This document shows, piece after piece, positions 1 through 9,650 of a stretch of 64,000 nucleotides of DNA. Position 1 is the first letter of the stretch. Every line of letters begins with the position of its first letter. Source of the DNA: Alkalispirochaeta sp. (GTDB taxonomy: Bacteria; Spirochaetota; Spirochaetia; DSM-27196; Alkalispirochaetaceae). The translations under genes were made by a program, and so were the position numbers. The DNA is taken from NCBI GenBank assembly GCA_965601925.1, contig OZ271854.1:2016001-2080000 (forward strand), read 5' to 3'. A model generated the notes under the pieces. That model saw only the letters and a program-made list of their open reading frames with translations. It made no database searches and was not told the origin of the DNA.

Positions 1-192
1 GATGCGGCGCTGTTCACCGTCGCCGTCGTCGTCTCCGACGGTGATGCTGAGCTTAGCTACGTCGAGACCGCGGAGGAGTATCGTCTCACATTCGCGCTCG
101 GTCCCGAGATACTTGGGGATCAGACCCTTGACATGCGACTGGCGAACGACGGCGGCGTATCGGCGGCGTTTGCAGGGATCCTCTCACGCTGA
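1..192 (+). CDS. 3' end of a hypothetical protein (partial, runs off the left edge)
   Basis: Frame 1 is open from base 1 (DAALFTVAVVV...AFAGILSR) to TGA at 190-192, abutting the next gene. Confidence 0.45.
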   Translation, partial: DAALFTVAVVVSDGDAELSYVETAEEYRLTFALGPEILGDQTLDMRLANDGGVSAAFAGILSR

Positions 193-209
193 CATCCACG
201 TCACGATTC

Positions 210-1019
210 GTGTGTCTCGTCGCCGTCGTCTTGCTCGGATCGTGCGCCGGTGGTCCCACGCCTCGACGTCCTGAAAGATCGGCGGTGTGGCGGCCTCCGA
301 TCGACGTTGCGTCGGATATGCCGGCGGCCCGCCAGCGCGAACGGATACTCGCGTATTATCGGCGCGACGTCGGCGACCCGGTCGCCTTTTCCGTTCATTC
401 TCACATCGACTTAGGCGCGTTCGACGCGGTGGCGCGCTACTATATCGACACGCTCATCGGCGAGATCGACGGACGGGGGGCGATCGGCGATTCCGGCACT
501 ACGGCGCGGCACACGGTCACGATCGCCCTCGACGGCGAATATGTATCCGCGCCGAGGAACTACTACGGACGAGCGGTTCTCACCGTGACGTACCGCACAG
601 GCCCGGGTCTGGCTATCGTAGCGGCGGATTCGATCGTCGGGCCGTATCGTTTCAGTCGCCTCTCGCGGATGGACGGTCTGCTCAACTCGCTGAGGGGTAT
701 TTCACCCCGTACGATGGTTCGCGTCTTGTATGCACTACAAGAACGCGCCGCCGACGAGATGGGGCGCAATGGATTACCATATACTATTTACTGGGAGACC
801 GACGAAAGGCCGCCGCACGATCTCCGTGCCGTTTTGCGCACCTTGGGCCATCCCGCCGGAGGTGAGAGCGAGGAAGCCGAAGGGTACGGATGGAACCTTT
901 TCGAGCCGCCGAATACTCTTGCCGAGCGAATGGAGACAATACTCGACGGATCGGCGTATCGATTCGTTCTGGAGCCTCTTACCGGAACGATTAGATTTTT
1001 TTATAATAGCGATACCTGA
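210..1019 (+). CDS. Hypothetical lipoprotein
   Basis: 269-aa ORF with a hydrophobic N-terminus and lipobox-like LLGSC. An in-frame CTG at 189, overlapping the upstream TGA, may be the true start. The stop abuts the next ATG. Confidence 0.6.
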   Translation: MCLVAVVLLGSCAGGPTPRRPERSAVWRPPIDVASDMPAARQRERILAYYRRDVGDPVAFSVHSHIDLGAFDAVARYYIDTLIGEIDGRGAIGDSGTTARHTVTIALDGEYVSAPRNYYGRAVLTVTYRTGPGLAIVAADSIVGPYRFSRLSRMDGLLNSLRGISPRTMVRVLYALQERAADEMGRNGLPYTIYWETDERPPHDLRAVLRTLGHPAGGESEEAEGYGWNLFEPPNTLAERMETILDGSAYRFVLEPLTGTIRFFYNSDT

Positions 1020-2450
1020 ATGAAACGCGACTCTACGCTGCTCAGTACGATAATACAGACGCTTTTTGTCGGTAGCGTCGTAGTCCTCGCTTCTTGCGTA
1101 ACGACCGGTTCCACGCCCCCCGACTGGTTGAGTAACGCCCCGGGGGTGAGTTCAGAGGGTGTGAGGATCGTTGCGTACGGTACGGGCACCGATATCATCG
1201 GTGCGCGACGCGCCGCCGTCGAAGACGCGTTGAGTCAAATCGGGCAGACGCTCATCGTCAGGCTCGAGAGCGACGGCGCCATCTTGGACGACGACGCGGG
1301 GGCGACTATAGCGGAGGTTGCTCGCGCGCGCTTCGGCGCGTTCGATCTCGTGGATCGGTACGCCCGCTCCGGCGACGATGCTGTAGAGCTGTATCTGCTT
1401 TATCTATACCGAGCATCGGAGATCGAGAGTGACCTTGTCGATATCCTTCGCGTTTTGCCCGAGGCGGCCGATTCGACGATGCTTTTCTCGGGCGACCGGA
1501 GCGGCGACGTTCTGCCCGCGATACGCGAGCTCTTGGAGCGCCCCGTACCGGCCTCGCCGACCGAAAGGACCGCACATCTCGAGCGCGTTCTCGGACTTGC
1601 GAGCCGTGTCGTAGTGATGACGAGCCCGGGCGAGGCCGATATACGACTCGGAGAGAACCTCCAGGGGCCGATCACCGTTCGGTTTTTTCACAGTGAGCAG
1701 TCGGTCATACGCGACCGTATCGAGTTGAGTGTAGAAGTCAGGGGGCCGTCGGTTGACGGCGAACGACCCGTCGAGTCCTTTACGATTCGTACCGACTCGC
1801 GCGGCGAGGCGACTTTTTCGCTCCCTGTGCCCAATCTTGCCGGTGCGACAACGGTCGTGGCACAGCCTGCGTGGCTCGACGACGTAGCGCGACGATGGCA
1901 GAACACGCTCGAATCACAGCGAGACATCGACCTTCTGGAAGCCGCCGTCGAGCGTCTTCGAGGGCGAACGCTCATCAGCGTGACCTCCCGCGCCGCGGAG
2001 ACTCCCACGGCCGTCATCGTTTTGGACAGAGATATCGCGGGAAACCCGATCAATGGGGCTGATGCCATGAGGGGCGCGCTGCAGGAGTTTTCCGACGCGG
2101 GATTCCGTGTCCGTCGCGTCGAACTGGACGGCGTCGCGTTGGAACGTTTTGCCGCTATGGAACGTATTACCGTCGCCGATCTTTACGACGTGCTGCCCTT
2201 CGAGATACTGGCGATGGTCGACCGAATCGTCGTCGGCGACGCGCGCATCTTAGAGTTCTCCGAGGAGGACGGGTTCACGGTGAGCGTCAGCTTGGAGGCC
2301 ACGACCTTCGACCTGCGACACGACCAAGTGCTTGCACGAGTAGCCCTCGACGAGCGTATCGCCGGCAGCGACGCCCGTTCCGCGATCAGAGCGGCGTTTC
2401 AGTCGGCGGGTCGACGTATGGCCCGACGGATGGTTCCGCGGCTCCCGTAA
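1020..2450 (+). CDS. Hypothetical lipoprotein (LPP20-like N-terminal region)
   Basis: 476 aa; signal peptide ending VLASC, then PPDWL and a 'GTG...ARRAAVEDAL' segment resembling LPP20-type lipoproteins. Confidence 0.7.
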   Translation: MKRDSTLLSTIIQTLFVGSVVVLASCVTTGSTPPDWLSNAPGVSSEGVRIVAYGTGTDIIGARRAAVEDALSQIGQTLIVRLESDGAILDDDAGATIAEVARARFGAFDLVDRYARSGDDAVELYLLYLYRASEIESDLVDILRVLPEAADSTMLFSGDRSGDVLPAIRELLERPVPASPTERTAHLERVLGLASRVVVMTSPGEADIRLGENLQGPITVRFFHSEQSVIRDRIELSVEVRGPSVDGERPVESFTIRTDSRGEATFSLPVPNLAGATTVVAQPAWLDDVARRWQNTLESQRDIDLLEAAVERLRGRTLISVTSRAAETPTAVIVLDRDIAGNPINGADAMRGALQEFSDAGFRVRRVELDGVALERFAAMERITVADLYDVLPFEILAMVDRIVVGDARILEFSEEDGFTVSVSLEATTFDLRHDQVLARVALDERIAGSDARSAIRAAFQSAGRRMARRMVPRLP

Positions 2451-3243
2451 TCCACGTGCGCATCGCTCCCGGATCGTCGCCGATCAGCGCCGCGATACCG
2501 CGGCGAGCGAGCGAGCGCGTCGTCTCCTCGTCGTTTACCGTCCAGGCGATTCGTACCGCCCCTTTCGTATATCTTTTCTGTACGTATGACGCCCAGTGCG
2601 GCTTGTCGAGCTCGCTTCCCGTCACACGGCGACCGACTCCGGATCGGAGAAACATCGGCACCTCTCGATCACCGTGCCAGATTACGGCGGTCGGGACGGC
2701 CAGCCCTCGCCGTCTCGCGGAACGGCGGAATCGTACGACCTGACGGGGATCGAAAGAGGAGATCAACACGCGGTGTTGTACGCCGTGGCGGCAGATAATC
2801 TCTGCGACGCTTGCGGCGATCTCCGGCGGAGTCTCCACGTACGACTTGATCTCGATATCCACGAGCATATCGTCACCGAGGCAGGTAAGCACCGTCTCGA
2901 GATCGGGTACTCCCGATGCGGAGAGCTCCATTCCCGACGCGCTCCGGGTACGGAGCGGAACCGACGCGAGATCTCCGGCCGTGGTTGCGGCTATACTCCG
3001 TGAATCCTCGCCAAGACGGACAAGATCGGAATCGTGAGCGACTACAACTACGCCGTCGGAGCTGAGCTGCACATCCAACTCCACCCCGTCGATACCGATA
3101 TCGCGCGCATGCTCAAAGGCGTCCAGCGTGTTTTCCACGCGCACGGCCGCACACCCGCGGTGGCCGAAGACAAGCGGTGCACGTGCAGCGCTCGCATCGC
3201 TCATTCTCCGGACAATCGGGTGTTCCCCATCGGTGCGCTTCAT
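2386..3243 (-). CDS. Glycerophosphodiester phosphodiesterase
   Basis: GHRG, ENTLDAF, ELDVQLS.DG..VV.HD, DIEIK, ISSFD and AWTVN motifs. Start taken at ATG 3243, 7 nt after a TACAAT hexamer. The 3' end overlaps the convergent lipoprotein gene by 65 bp. Confidence 0.9.
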   Translation of the reverse strand: MKRTDGEHPIVRRMSDASAARAPLVFGHRGCAAVRVENTLDAFEHARDIGIDGVELDVQLSSDGVVVVAHDSDLVRLGEDSRSIAATTAGDLASVPLRTRSASGMELSASGVPDLETVLTCLGDDMLVDIEIKSYVETPPEIAASVAEIICRHGVQHRVLISSFDPRQVVRFRRSARRRGLAVPTAVIWHGDREVPMFLRSGVGRRVTGSELDKPHWASYVQKRYTKGAVRIAWTVNDEETTRSLARRGIAALIGDDPGAMRTWITGAAEPSVGPYVDPPTETPL

Positions 3244-3283
3244 GCTTGCCATTGTAGACCATCGAGGATAGCTTCTGCAGGCG

Positions 3284-4627
3284 ATGGAACACGACATGAT
3301 TGCCGCTCTCGCCACACCGTACGGCACCTCCGCGCTCGGTGTCATCCGCGTCGCCGGCCCGGGATCGATCGACGCCGTAGCTGCACTCTGCGACAAGGCG
3401 AGTGACGTTCGCGGTACCCCCGGGGGACGCATGAGGCGGGTACTGCTCGTCCATCCCGAAACCTCCGCGGTACTTGACGATGTGGTATTGGGTATATTTC
3501 GCGCTCCCCACAGCTATACGGGTGACGACGGCGTGGAGATCTACTGCCACGGCAGTCCGGCCGGGATACGCCGTATCTTGGAAGTGTTGTACGGTCGCGG
3601 GTTTCGTCCTGCAGAGGCGGGGGAGTTCACGCTTCGCGCCTTCCTCGCCGGCAAGATCGATCTTACCCGCGCCGAGGCGGTCCATGAGATCGTACGGTCC
3701 CAGACGAGTCGCGGTCACGAGATGGCGCTTCAACGTCTCGCGGGAAGCGTTGAAGCGGCGGTCGACGAGATAAAGCGGGAGTTGGTGCGCATCATGGCGA
3801 GCGTCGCGGTTCAACTCGATTATCCCGAGGAAGAGACCGGTGAAATCCCCATCCCCGCGGCGCGGATCGTGGAGACACGCGCTCGTATAGAGGTGTTATC
3901 CGAGACGTACCGCAGCGGACGTCTCTATCAGGAGGGCGTACGCGTCGCCCTTGCCGGCCTTACCAATGCGGGGAAGTCATCGCTGTTCAACGCCCTTCTC
4001 AAGGAGGACCGGTCGATCGTGAGCGCTATTCACGGGACGACTCGAGACTACATCGAAGGCGCCGTAGACGTCGAAGGAGTTCCCGTGCACCTCTTCGATA
4101 CGGCGGGCCTCAGACAGACTCGTGAAATGATCGAAGGGGAGGGTATCCGCAGGACTCGTGACGTCCTTGGAGGCGCCGATCTGGTGTTATACGTCATCGA
4201 CGGCGTCCGGGGTCTCACCACCGAAGACCGACGACATCTCGATACGGTCGACGGACCGGTTATCAGGATCTGGAACAAGATCGACGACGCGGCGTGCCGC
4301 CCCGTACCCGACGACTGTGTCGCCGTGAGTGCGCGGTCGATACGCGGTATCGATGAACTCCTGCGACGTATCGCCGAGGAGATCGTGCCGGATCAGCCGC
4401 GACGCGACGGGAGCCCGGTCATCGACTCCTTGCGACAAAAGAACCTGTTGGAACGCGCCGCCGCGGCGCTTGGCGAGGTTGAGAGCGGACTTGCGGAAGG
4501 CTATCCGATCGACGCCGTTAGCGTTGACCTACAGGAGGCGATCCGCGCACTGGGAGAGATCACCGGGGAGGTCACATCGGAGGACATTCTCGACGAGGTG
4601 TTCGGCGGCTTTTGCGTCGGGAAGTGA
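3284..4627 (+). CDS. mnmE: tRNA uridine-34 modification GTPase MnmE (TrmE)
   Basis: IAALATP, PHSYTGDD.VEI.CHG, GEFTLRAFLAG, G1 GLTNAGKSS, GTTRD, DTAG, NKID and C-terminal FCVGK. Confidence 0.97.
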   Translation: MEHDMIAALATPYGTSALGVIRVAGPGSIDAVAALCDKASDVRGTPGGRMRRVLLVHPETSAVLDDVVLGIFRAPHSYTGDDGVEIYCHGSPAGIRRILEVLYGRGFRPAEAGEFTLRAFLAGKIDLTRAEAVHEIVRSQTSRGHEMALQRLAGSVEAAVDEIKRELVRIMASVAVQLDYPEEETGEIPIPAARIVETRARIEVLSETYRSGRLYQEGVRVALAGLTNAGKSSLFNALLKEDRSIVSAIHGTTRDYIEGAVDVEGVPVHLFDTAGLRQTREMIEGEGIRRTRDVLGGADLVLYVIDGVRGLTTEDRRHLDTVDGPVIRIWNKIDDAACRPVPDDCVAVSARSIRGIDELLRRIAEEIVPDQPRRDGSPVIDSLRQKNLLERAAAALGEVESGLAEGYPIDAVSVDLQEAIRALGEITGEVTSEDILDEVFGGFCVGK

Positions 4628-4648
4628 TCGGATCCGTCGGCCGCGGCC

Positions 4649-5647
4649 TCATTCCCATACAAAGAGCCACGAGGCGACGAGTAGGAACAGCGCGGTCATG
4701 CCTGCAAGGGCGAAAAGGTTCGGCGCGATATCGAGAAGTCCCGCGCCTTCGAGCATAATTGCGCGGGTACCGTCGAGAAAATGGGTAAGGGGGAATACGC
4801 GGGCCACTCCTCTGAGCGCCGGCGGTACCGCCTCCAAAGAGAAGAAGACGCCGGAGAACGCGAGCATCGGCCACAACGCTACGTTCATGAGCCCGCTGGC
4901 CACCTCTTCGCTGCGAAATCGCGCCGCAAAGACGAGTCCGAATGAGATGAGACATGTAATACTCAGCATCGTCACGAGTATGAGATCCAGGTACGATCCA
5001 CGCATAACGAAGTGAAGAAAGAGATCCGCGCCGACAAAGACGAGGATCGAGGTCACCGTAACGATGACCAGCCGACTGACCACTTGGGCGACTACGAACT
5101 CGAGCGGCCGGAGCGGCGTCGCTTTAAGGCGCTTGAGAACGCCGTTCTTTCGATACCGTACGATGACGAATCCGACGCCGAAGAGACTCGAGAACATCAT
5201 GTTCGTGCCGATGACTCCCGGGACGAACCAATCGATGTAGCGGATCGGCTCTCCCTCTATCTCCAGCCTTCGAAAGCCTTCGCCTCCGTGATGTACGAAC
5301 AGCTCTTCGACGAGGGCCCCTCGAGGAGAGGTTTCGTTGAGAAGGTATGTGCGTTCTGCCGGATCGATGAGGAAATCGATTTGGTGGTTGCGGACTCGAT
5401 TGATCGCAATCTCCCGTTCCGCATATTCGCTCACTACGATGCCCTGGAGGTCCAGAAGCGCGATCGACTCGTTTGTCGTGCCGTATACGCCGACGGTGAA
5501 AACGCGTTCGTCGCCGCCGGAAAAGGCGAAAGCGAATCCGAAGATCAGAAAGAACGGAAACAGTAGGTTCCAGAAGAGTGTTCCCCGATCCCGGAGAAAC
5601 TCCATGTTACGGGCGTGAACCATAGCCCGAATGCGTGGTAGTCGCAT
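4649..5647 (-). CDS. ABC-2 type exporter permease
   Basis: N-terminal TM helix plus a C-terminal multi-TM region with GVLKRLKATP and FPLTH motifs; adjacent to the ATPase gene. Confidence 0.9.
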   Translation of the reverse strand: MRLPRIRAMVHARNMEFLRDRGTLFWNLLFPFFLIFGFAFAFSGGDERVFTVGVYGTTNESIALLDLQGIVVSEYAEREIAINRVRNHQIDFLIDPAERTYLLNETSPRGALVEELFVHHGGEGFRRLEIEGEPIRYIDWFVPGVIGTNMMFSSLFGVGFVIVRYRKNGVLKRLKATPLRPLEFVVAQVVSRLVIVTVTSILVFVGADLFLHFVMRGSYLDLILVTMLSITCLISFGLVFAARFRSEEVASGLMNVALWPMLAFSGVFFSLEAVPPALRGVARVFPLTHFLDGTRAIMLEGAGLLDIAPNLFALAGMTALFLLVASWLFVWE

Positions 5648-5656
5648 GGTACTCCT

Positions 5657-6538
5657 TCAACTTCGCAGGCTCGTTCCCGTTAGTTCGAGGAACAGATCGT
5701 CCAGGTTGGGGCGATGTATGCTCAACCCGTCGAGGCTGTAGCCGGCCGCAAGGACCGATCTGATCGTCTGATCCACCGCCTGTGTCTGAATGTCGGCATA
5801 TCCATCGTACCGGCGCGCGCCCTCGGGCAACGGCGAGTCCGCCTTTGGAGTGGGGATTCTGACGAATACCCCCTCGAAATGCGACTCGATGAGTCCCCGG
5901 GGCGTGTCACGAGCGATGATCCGTCCGCGGTCCATAATGGCGATCTCGTCGGAGAGGTGCTCCGCCTCGTCCATGTAATGGGTCGTGAGAATGACCGTGC
6001 GACGCTCCTCTTTTATCTTCCCGATAAGACTCCAGAAGTTGCGCCGCGCTTGAGGATCCAACCCGGTCGTCGGTTCGTCGAGGAATATGACGTCCGGATC
6101 GTTTATCAGAGCGAGGGCGAGCAACATACGTTGCCGTTGTCCACCGGATAGCTTCTGGTTATCGCGATCCATGAGATCGGCGAGATCGCACATGGCGATC
6201 AGCTCATCCAAATCTCGCCGCTTCGAGTAGAGTCGTCCGAAGGTGTGTAACGTCTCACGAACGGTGATGTACTGCTGGAGCGCCGTCTGTTGGAACTGGA
6301 TTCCGACGCGGTCGCGATATGTCGAATCGAGAGGACCGCCGCGATACGAGACCGTGCCGGCCGTCGGTGCGCGTATGCCTTCCATGATCTCGATCATCGT
6401 AGTTTTTCCCGCGCCGTTGGGACCGAGTAGTCCGAAGCAGATGCCCTCGGGCACGGCAAGATCGACATTATCGACGGCGGTGAGGGCTCCGTAGTGCTTC
6501 GTCAGCCCTCGTACTTCGATGATGTGTTCCATATCCAT
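5657..6538 (-). CDS. ABC exporter ATP-binding protein
   Basis: Walker A GPNGAGKTT, signature LSGGQ, Walker B IFLDEPTTGLDP, H-loop TTHYM. Confidence 0.95.
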   Translation of the reverse strand: MDMEHIIEVRGLTKHYGALTAVDNVDLAVPEGICFGLLGPNGAGKTTMIEIMEGIRAPTAGTVSYRGGPLDSTYRDRVGIQFQQTALQQYITVRETLHTFGRLYSKRRDLDELIAMCDLADLMDRDNQKLSGGQRQRMLLALALINDPDVIFLDEPTTGLDPQARRNFWSLIGKIKEERRTVILTTHYMDEAEHLSDEIAIMDRGRIIARDTPRGLIESHFEGVFVRIPTPKADSPLPEGARRYDGYADIQTQAVDQTIRSVLAAGYSLDGLSIHRPNLDDLFLELTGTSLRS

Positions 6539-6547
6539 TAATGGATA
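6532..6547. promoter_or_regulatory. Perfect 16-bp palindrome over the ABC operon start (candidate operator)
   Basis: TATCCATT|AATGGATA, read directly from the sequence. Confidence 0.45.
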
Positions 6548-6703
6548 CGCATATTCGTCGTGTAGCGTCCATCACGTCTGCAACCGCCATGATGCGAGCG
6601 CATACGGTGCCGTACGGCGAAGCGAAAGATGTCTGCCCACACTATGGAAGTGTCGTTTCCGCCGCGTATCCTCTGCAAACGGGCAATCGCAACGGCGGAT
6701 GGT

Positions 6704-7573
6704 TTACCGCAGGGCGCGTGTGGCCGTAAGCGCCGCGAGCATAAACGGACGATCCCGTTCAATCGGCTCGCCGTTTACGTACATACCGACAAAAACGGCG
6801 GCCTGCACGGTCGTTCGGGCGACCGGCTCGAACACATAGACTCCCGATACCGCAAGGCGGTGCGACGGCTCTTGAGCGTCGTGTGCCGCCGGTGTCCACG
6901 CGATGCGATACGACGGGCCTACACCGGCGAAAGATGCCGACGCGTCGGGGAGTCGATAGAGGAGAAGCGACTCGTTCTCCATCACCCAATCCGTACGCTC
7001 GATGACGCGGAGCGCGAGCGGCTCCTCGAGGAAGGTCGAGGGGGAGTTGCGAAAGTCGTATCGCGTTGCGGTGAAAGTGTTCGCCGCAACGATGGGGCCG
7101 ATCGCCGCTTTGAATCGTGACGATGCGCTCACAAACCATCCCGTCTCCGACCTGCCGGAATAGTCGTCGCCGCTCGCAGCCGGTGGTGTTTCTCCATAGC
7201 TATCGAGACTCGCCAGACCGAATCCGAAGGTATCGTAGAATGTCCGAACGCCGAATCGAAGTGTAAGATCGAATACGGCGATGGGTTCGACGAGGAGTCG
7301 TGCGCCTACGTCGGTGAAGGACGGGTTCAAGAGAGTATCGATGCCGGCCTCGAGTCGCGTCGAGTCCCATAACACGCCGTCACGGGTCGTATGTAGCGGC
7401 GTCGTGTGCGCAACGCCGCCTACGACGCCCGCCACGGTGGGATTCACCCCTCCCACGAAGCCGCCTTGGACGCGCCAGCCCGGTCGCGCCTCTTGGGCGC
7501 CGGCGGTTGCGAGGCATACGGTTAGGGTCGCCACGACGGAAAACCCTCGGACCAAACGCCTCCGTCGTATCAT
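6704..7573 (-). CDS. Secreted protein, probable outer-membrane beta-barrel
   Basis: ATG at 7573 overlaps the upstream stop (ATGA). Signal peptide MIRRRRLV...AGAQE, followed by amphipathic beta-strand-like segments. Confidence 0.65.
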   Translation of the reverse strand: MIRRRRLVRGFSVVATLTVCLATAGAQEARPGWRVQGGFVGGVNPTVAGVVGGVAHTTPLHTTRDGVLWDSTRLEAGIDTLLNPSFTDVGARLLVEPIAVFDLTLRFGVRTFYDTFGFGLASLDSYGETPPAASGDDYSGRSETGWFVSASSRFKAAIGPIVAANTFTATRYDFRNSPSTFLEEPLALRVIERTDWVMENESLLLYRLPDASASFAGVGPSYRIAWTPAAHDAQEPSHRLAVSGVYVFEPVARTTVQAAVFVGMYVNGEPIERDRPFMLAALTATRALR

Positions 7574-8712
7574 TGGAGCGCTCCTTCGCCGTCGGACACG
7601 AGCCGCTCTACCGGCAGGCGCGGGCTGAAGGTGTATGTCATCCCTCGAGACTGCGCTACGGCAAGAAGCATTTGGATCGTCTCGCCGTCGGCGGCCCAAC
7701 GCTCGTGGATTCGTCGATACGGCTCTTCCATGGCCGCGTACTCTTGCAACGCCTGCGAGTTGGCCAGTATCACGTGGCCGGAGGCGTACACTTCCATCCA
7801 GACCGCTTGTAACGCCATACCGGCGCGCACCTGGGTCGTACGCGAGTTGTCGGCGGTAATCATCATGACGTGCGTGTTCATCTCCTCCATCGCCTGCGTA
7901 AACAGATCGATACCGGACCCGCCGTACGACTCCGGCGACATCGGAAAGAATGTGAACCACCCGTCGATAAACCAGCGACTGCGGCGCGGAAAGTTGGCGG
8001 TAAAGGCGATTCCGTACGGGGCGCGTCGCCGCTGTCGACCGTTGAAGCGCGTTACGTTGTAGGATTCCATCAGCGTCGGCTCGTACTCCATCTCGATGGT
8101 AAATGCGTCGACGGAAAGCTCATTCAACCATTGCACCTCCGAGGGATCCTGGACGACGACAAACCGAACCGTCTCGTCGGAGTAATCCTCGATCCGTCGG
8201 ATCGTCTGATCAGATAGCTCCGCGGGGCGGTAGCGGTACTTAATCGTCGGACTGGTGACGGCGTCGATCTGTGCGGCAACGGAGAATGTCGCCTCCGCCG
8301 CAGCGTTGCGCCGGAGCGTCACCGTCGCCACCGGAAGTTCGCCAATCGTATCGAGATCGTATTCACCGTCCGGGAAGAGCTCGATGGCGGTCTCGTACCC
8401 CAGTTGCGCCGCGCGGGCGTCCAGAATCGCCAAAAAGGTTCCGGCGGAGAGCGTGATTTGACGCGCCGGCGGATCGGTCTCCGGCACCAGTCGCGTCGCC
8501 TCGATAAAGAGCTGCAATCGATTGGGGTCCGCCGGGTCGAGGACGACGCGCCACGGCTGCTTGTTGTGGGCGCTCTGCGCCAGACGCGCCCACTCCACCA
8601 GCTCAAGGCGCACGTCGGATCGAACCTCGGTGGTCACCGGTGCCGGTGCACAGGCGTTCAACAAGAGCGCGGCAACCGCCACTGCTCCAAGGGTCGTAAT
8701 TCGCTGTCTCAT
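7570..8712 (-). CDS. Acg-family FMN-binding nitroreductase-like lipoprotein
   Basis: AQSAHNKQPW motif (cf. APSxHNxQPW), ETDPP.RQI..S.G.FL, QALQEY and C-terminal SPR; lipobox LLNAC. Confidence 0.8.
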   Translation of the reverse strand: MRQRITTLGAVAVAALLLNACAPAPVTTEVRSDVRLELVEWARLAQSAHNKQPWRVVLDPADPNRLQLFIEATRLVPETDPPARQITLSAGTFLAILDARAAQLGYETAIELFPDGEYDLDTIGELPVATVTLRRNAAAEATFSVAAQIDAVTSPTIKYRYRPAELSDQTIRRIEDYSDETVRFVVVQDPSEVQWLNELSVDAFTIEMEYEPTLMESYNVTRFNGRQRRRAPYGIAFTANFPRRSRWFIDGWFTFFPMSPESYGGSGIDLFTQAMEEMNTHVMMITADNSRTTQVRAGMALQAVWMEVYASGHVILANSQALQEYAAMEEPYRRIHERWAADGETIQMLLAVAQSRGMTYTFSPRLPVERLVSDGEGALQ

Positions 8713-8764
8713 CGCAATCTCCTTTTCTCACCTCTTGGGTTATTGTTGTTTATGGCATCTGTCT

Positions 8765-9451
8765 TCATGGTATCCGTGGCCGTGGAAGCTCATCGCGATG
8801 CACGGGACTCTCCGCCGCCCCGCCGAGTACGACACTACCGAGACGACGCAGCATCTTCGTGAGCCGATTGATCCCCTCTTCCGAGGTAATGTCGATGCCG
8901 TTGTAGGTGTCGATGGTGCACGAGCGGACGGCGAAGTAGTGGTACGTCCCCGCGGCGATCGTAATCAATGCCGCGATATCGACGGACGGATCGACGCCGT
9001 GTTGAAGAGTCTTCACAAGCTCCACACCGAATTGCGCTCGCGGCTCCTCCAGAGCGATCGTAATGGCGTTGCGCTCCATCGTTTCCCACGCCAGGATCGC
9101 TAACGTCTGGGGGCGCTTGCGAATCGCCGCGGGATAGTTGTCGGCAAGGGCGAACCAGCGCTCAACCGCGGGGAGGCGTACGATCTCCTCCGGCGGCGCG
9201 CCGAACGCCTCCTCAAGGGTGGGCCAGTACTCGATGCTTGCGGCGTAGGTGCGGGCGAGGCCCTCCAGTCCACCGAAGTATCGGTACAGCAACGTCTTAT
9301 TGGCTCCGGCCCGCTCGGCGACGGCACGAACACCGACGGCGGCGAAGCCGCTCTCGGCCAAGAGATCGCCGAACGCCTCGATAAGAGATCGCTCCGTCCG
9401 CGCTCTGCGAGGTTGAATCGTCTGTGAATGTGTCCGGGTGGTTACATTCAT
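8765..9451 (-). CDS. TetR/AcrR family transcriptional regulator
   Basis: HTH GFAAVGVRAVAERAGANKTLLYRYFG. Start at ATG 9451. Confidence 0.9.
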   Translation of the reverse strand: MNVTTRTHSQTIQPRRARTERSLIEAFGDLLAESGFAAVGVRAVAERAGANKTLLYRYFGGLEGLARTYAASIEYWPTLEEAFGAPPEEIVRLPAVERWFALADNYPAAIRKRPQTLAILAWETMERNAITIALEEPRAQFGVELVKTLQHGVDPSVDIAALITIAAGTYHYFAVRSCTIDTYNGIDITSEEGINRLTKMLRRLGSVVLGGAAESPVHRDELPRPRIP

Positions 9452-9487
9452 GAGAAGAAAAGTAACCATCCGGACACTTTTGGTCAA
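9427..9487 (-). promoter_or_regulatory. Sigma70-like promoter with two TetR-type operators
   Basis: Minus strand TTGACC(9487-9482)-17 bp-TACTTT(9464-9459). Two near-identical imperfect palindromes lie in inverted orientation at 9427-9448 and 9459-9480 (AAwGTAACCAyCCGGACACwTT). Confidence 0.7.
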
Positions 9488-9650
9488 GAGTCTCCTCGCA
9501 ACGTGAGACGCATTGAGACTTCTCGAAACGTTTCTACGGGACGGATGATTGCGTCCCCGGACTCGCTCGGACCTACCGGAGCGACCGGCGGCGAAGAATT
9601 GATTGCATTGTCCATCGTTTCGTGTACAATGGAGCTACTCCGATACAACG

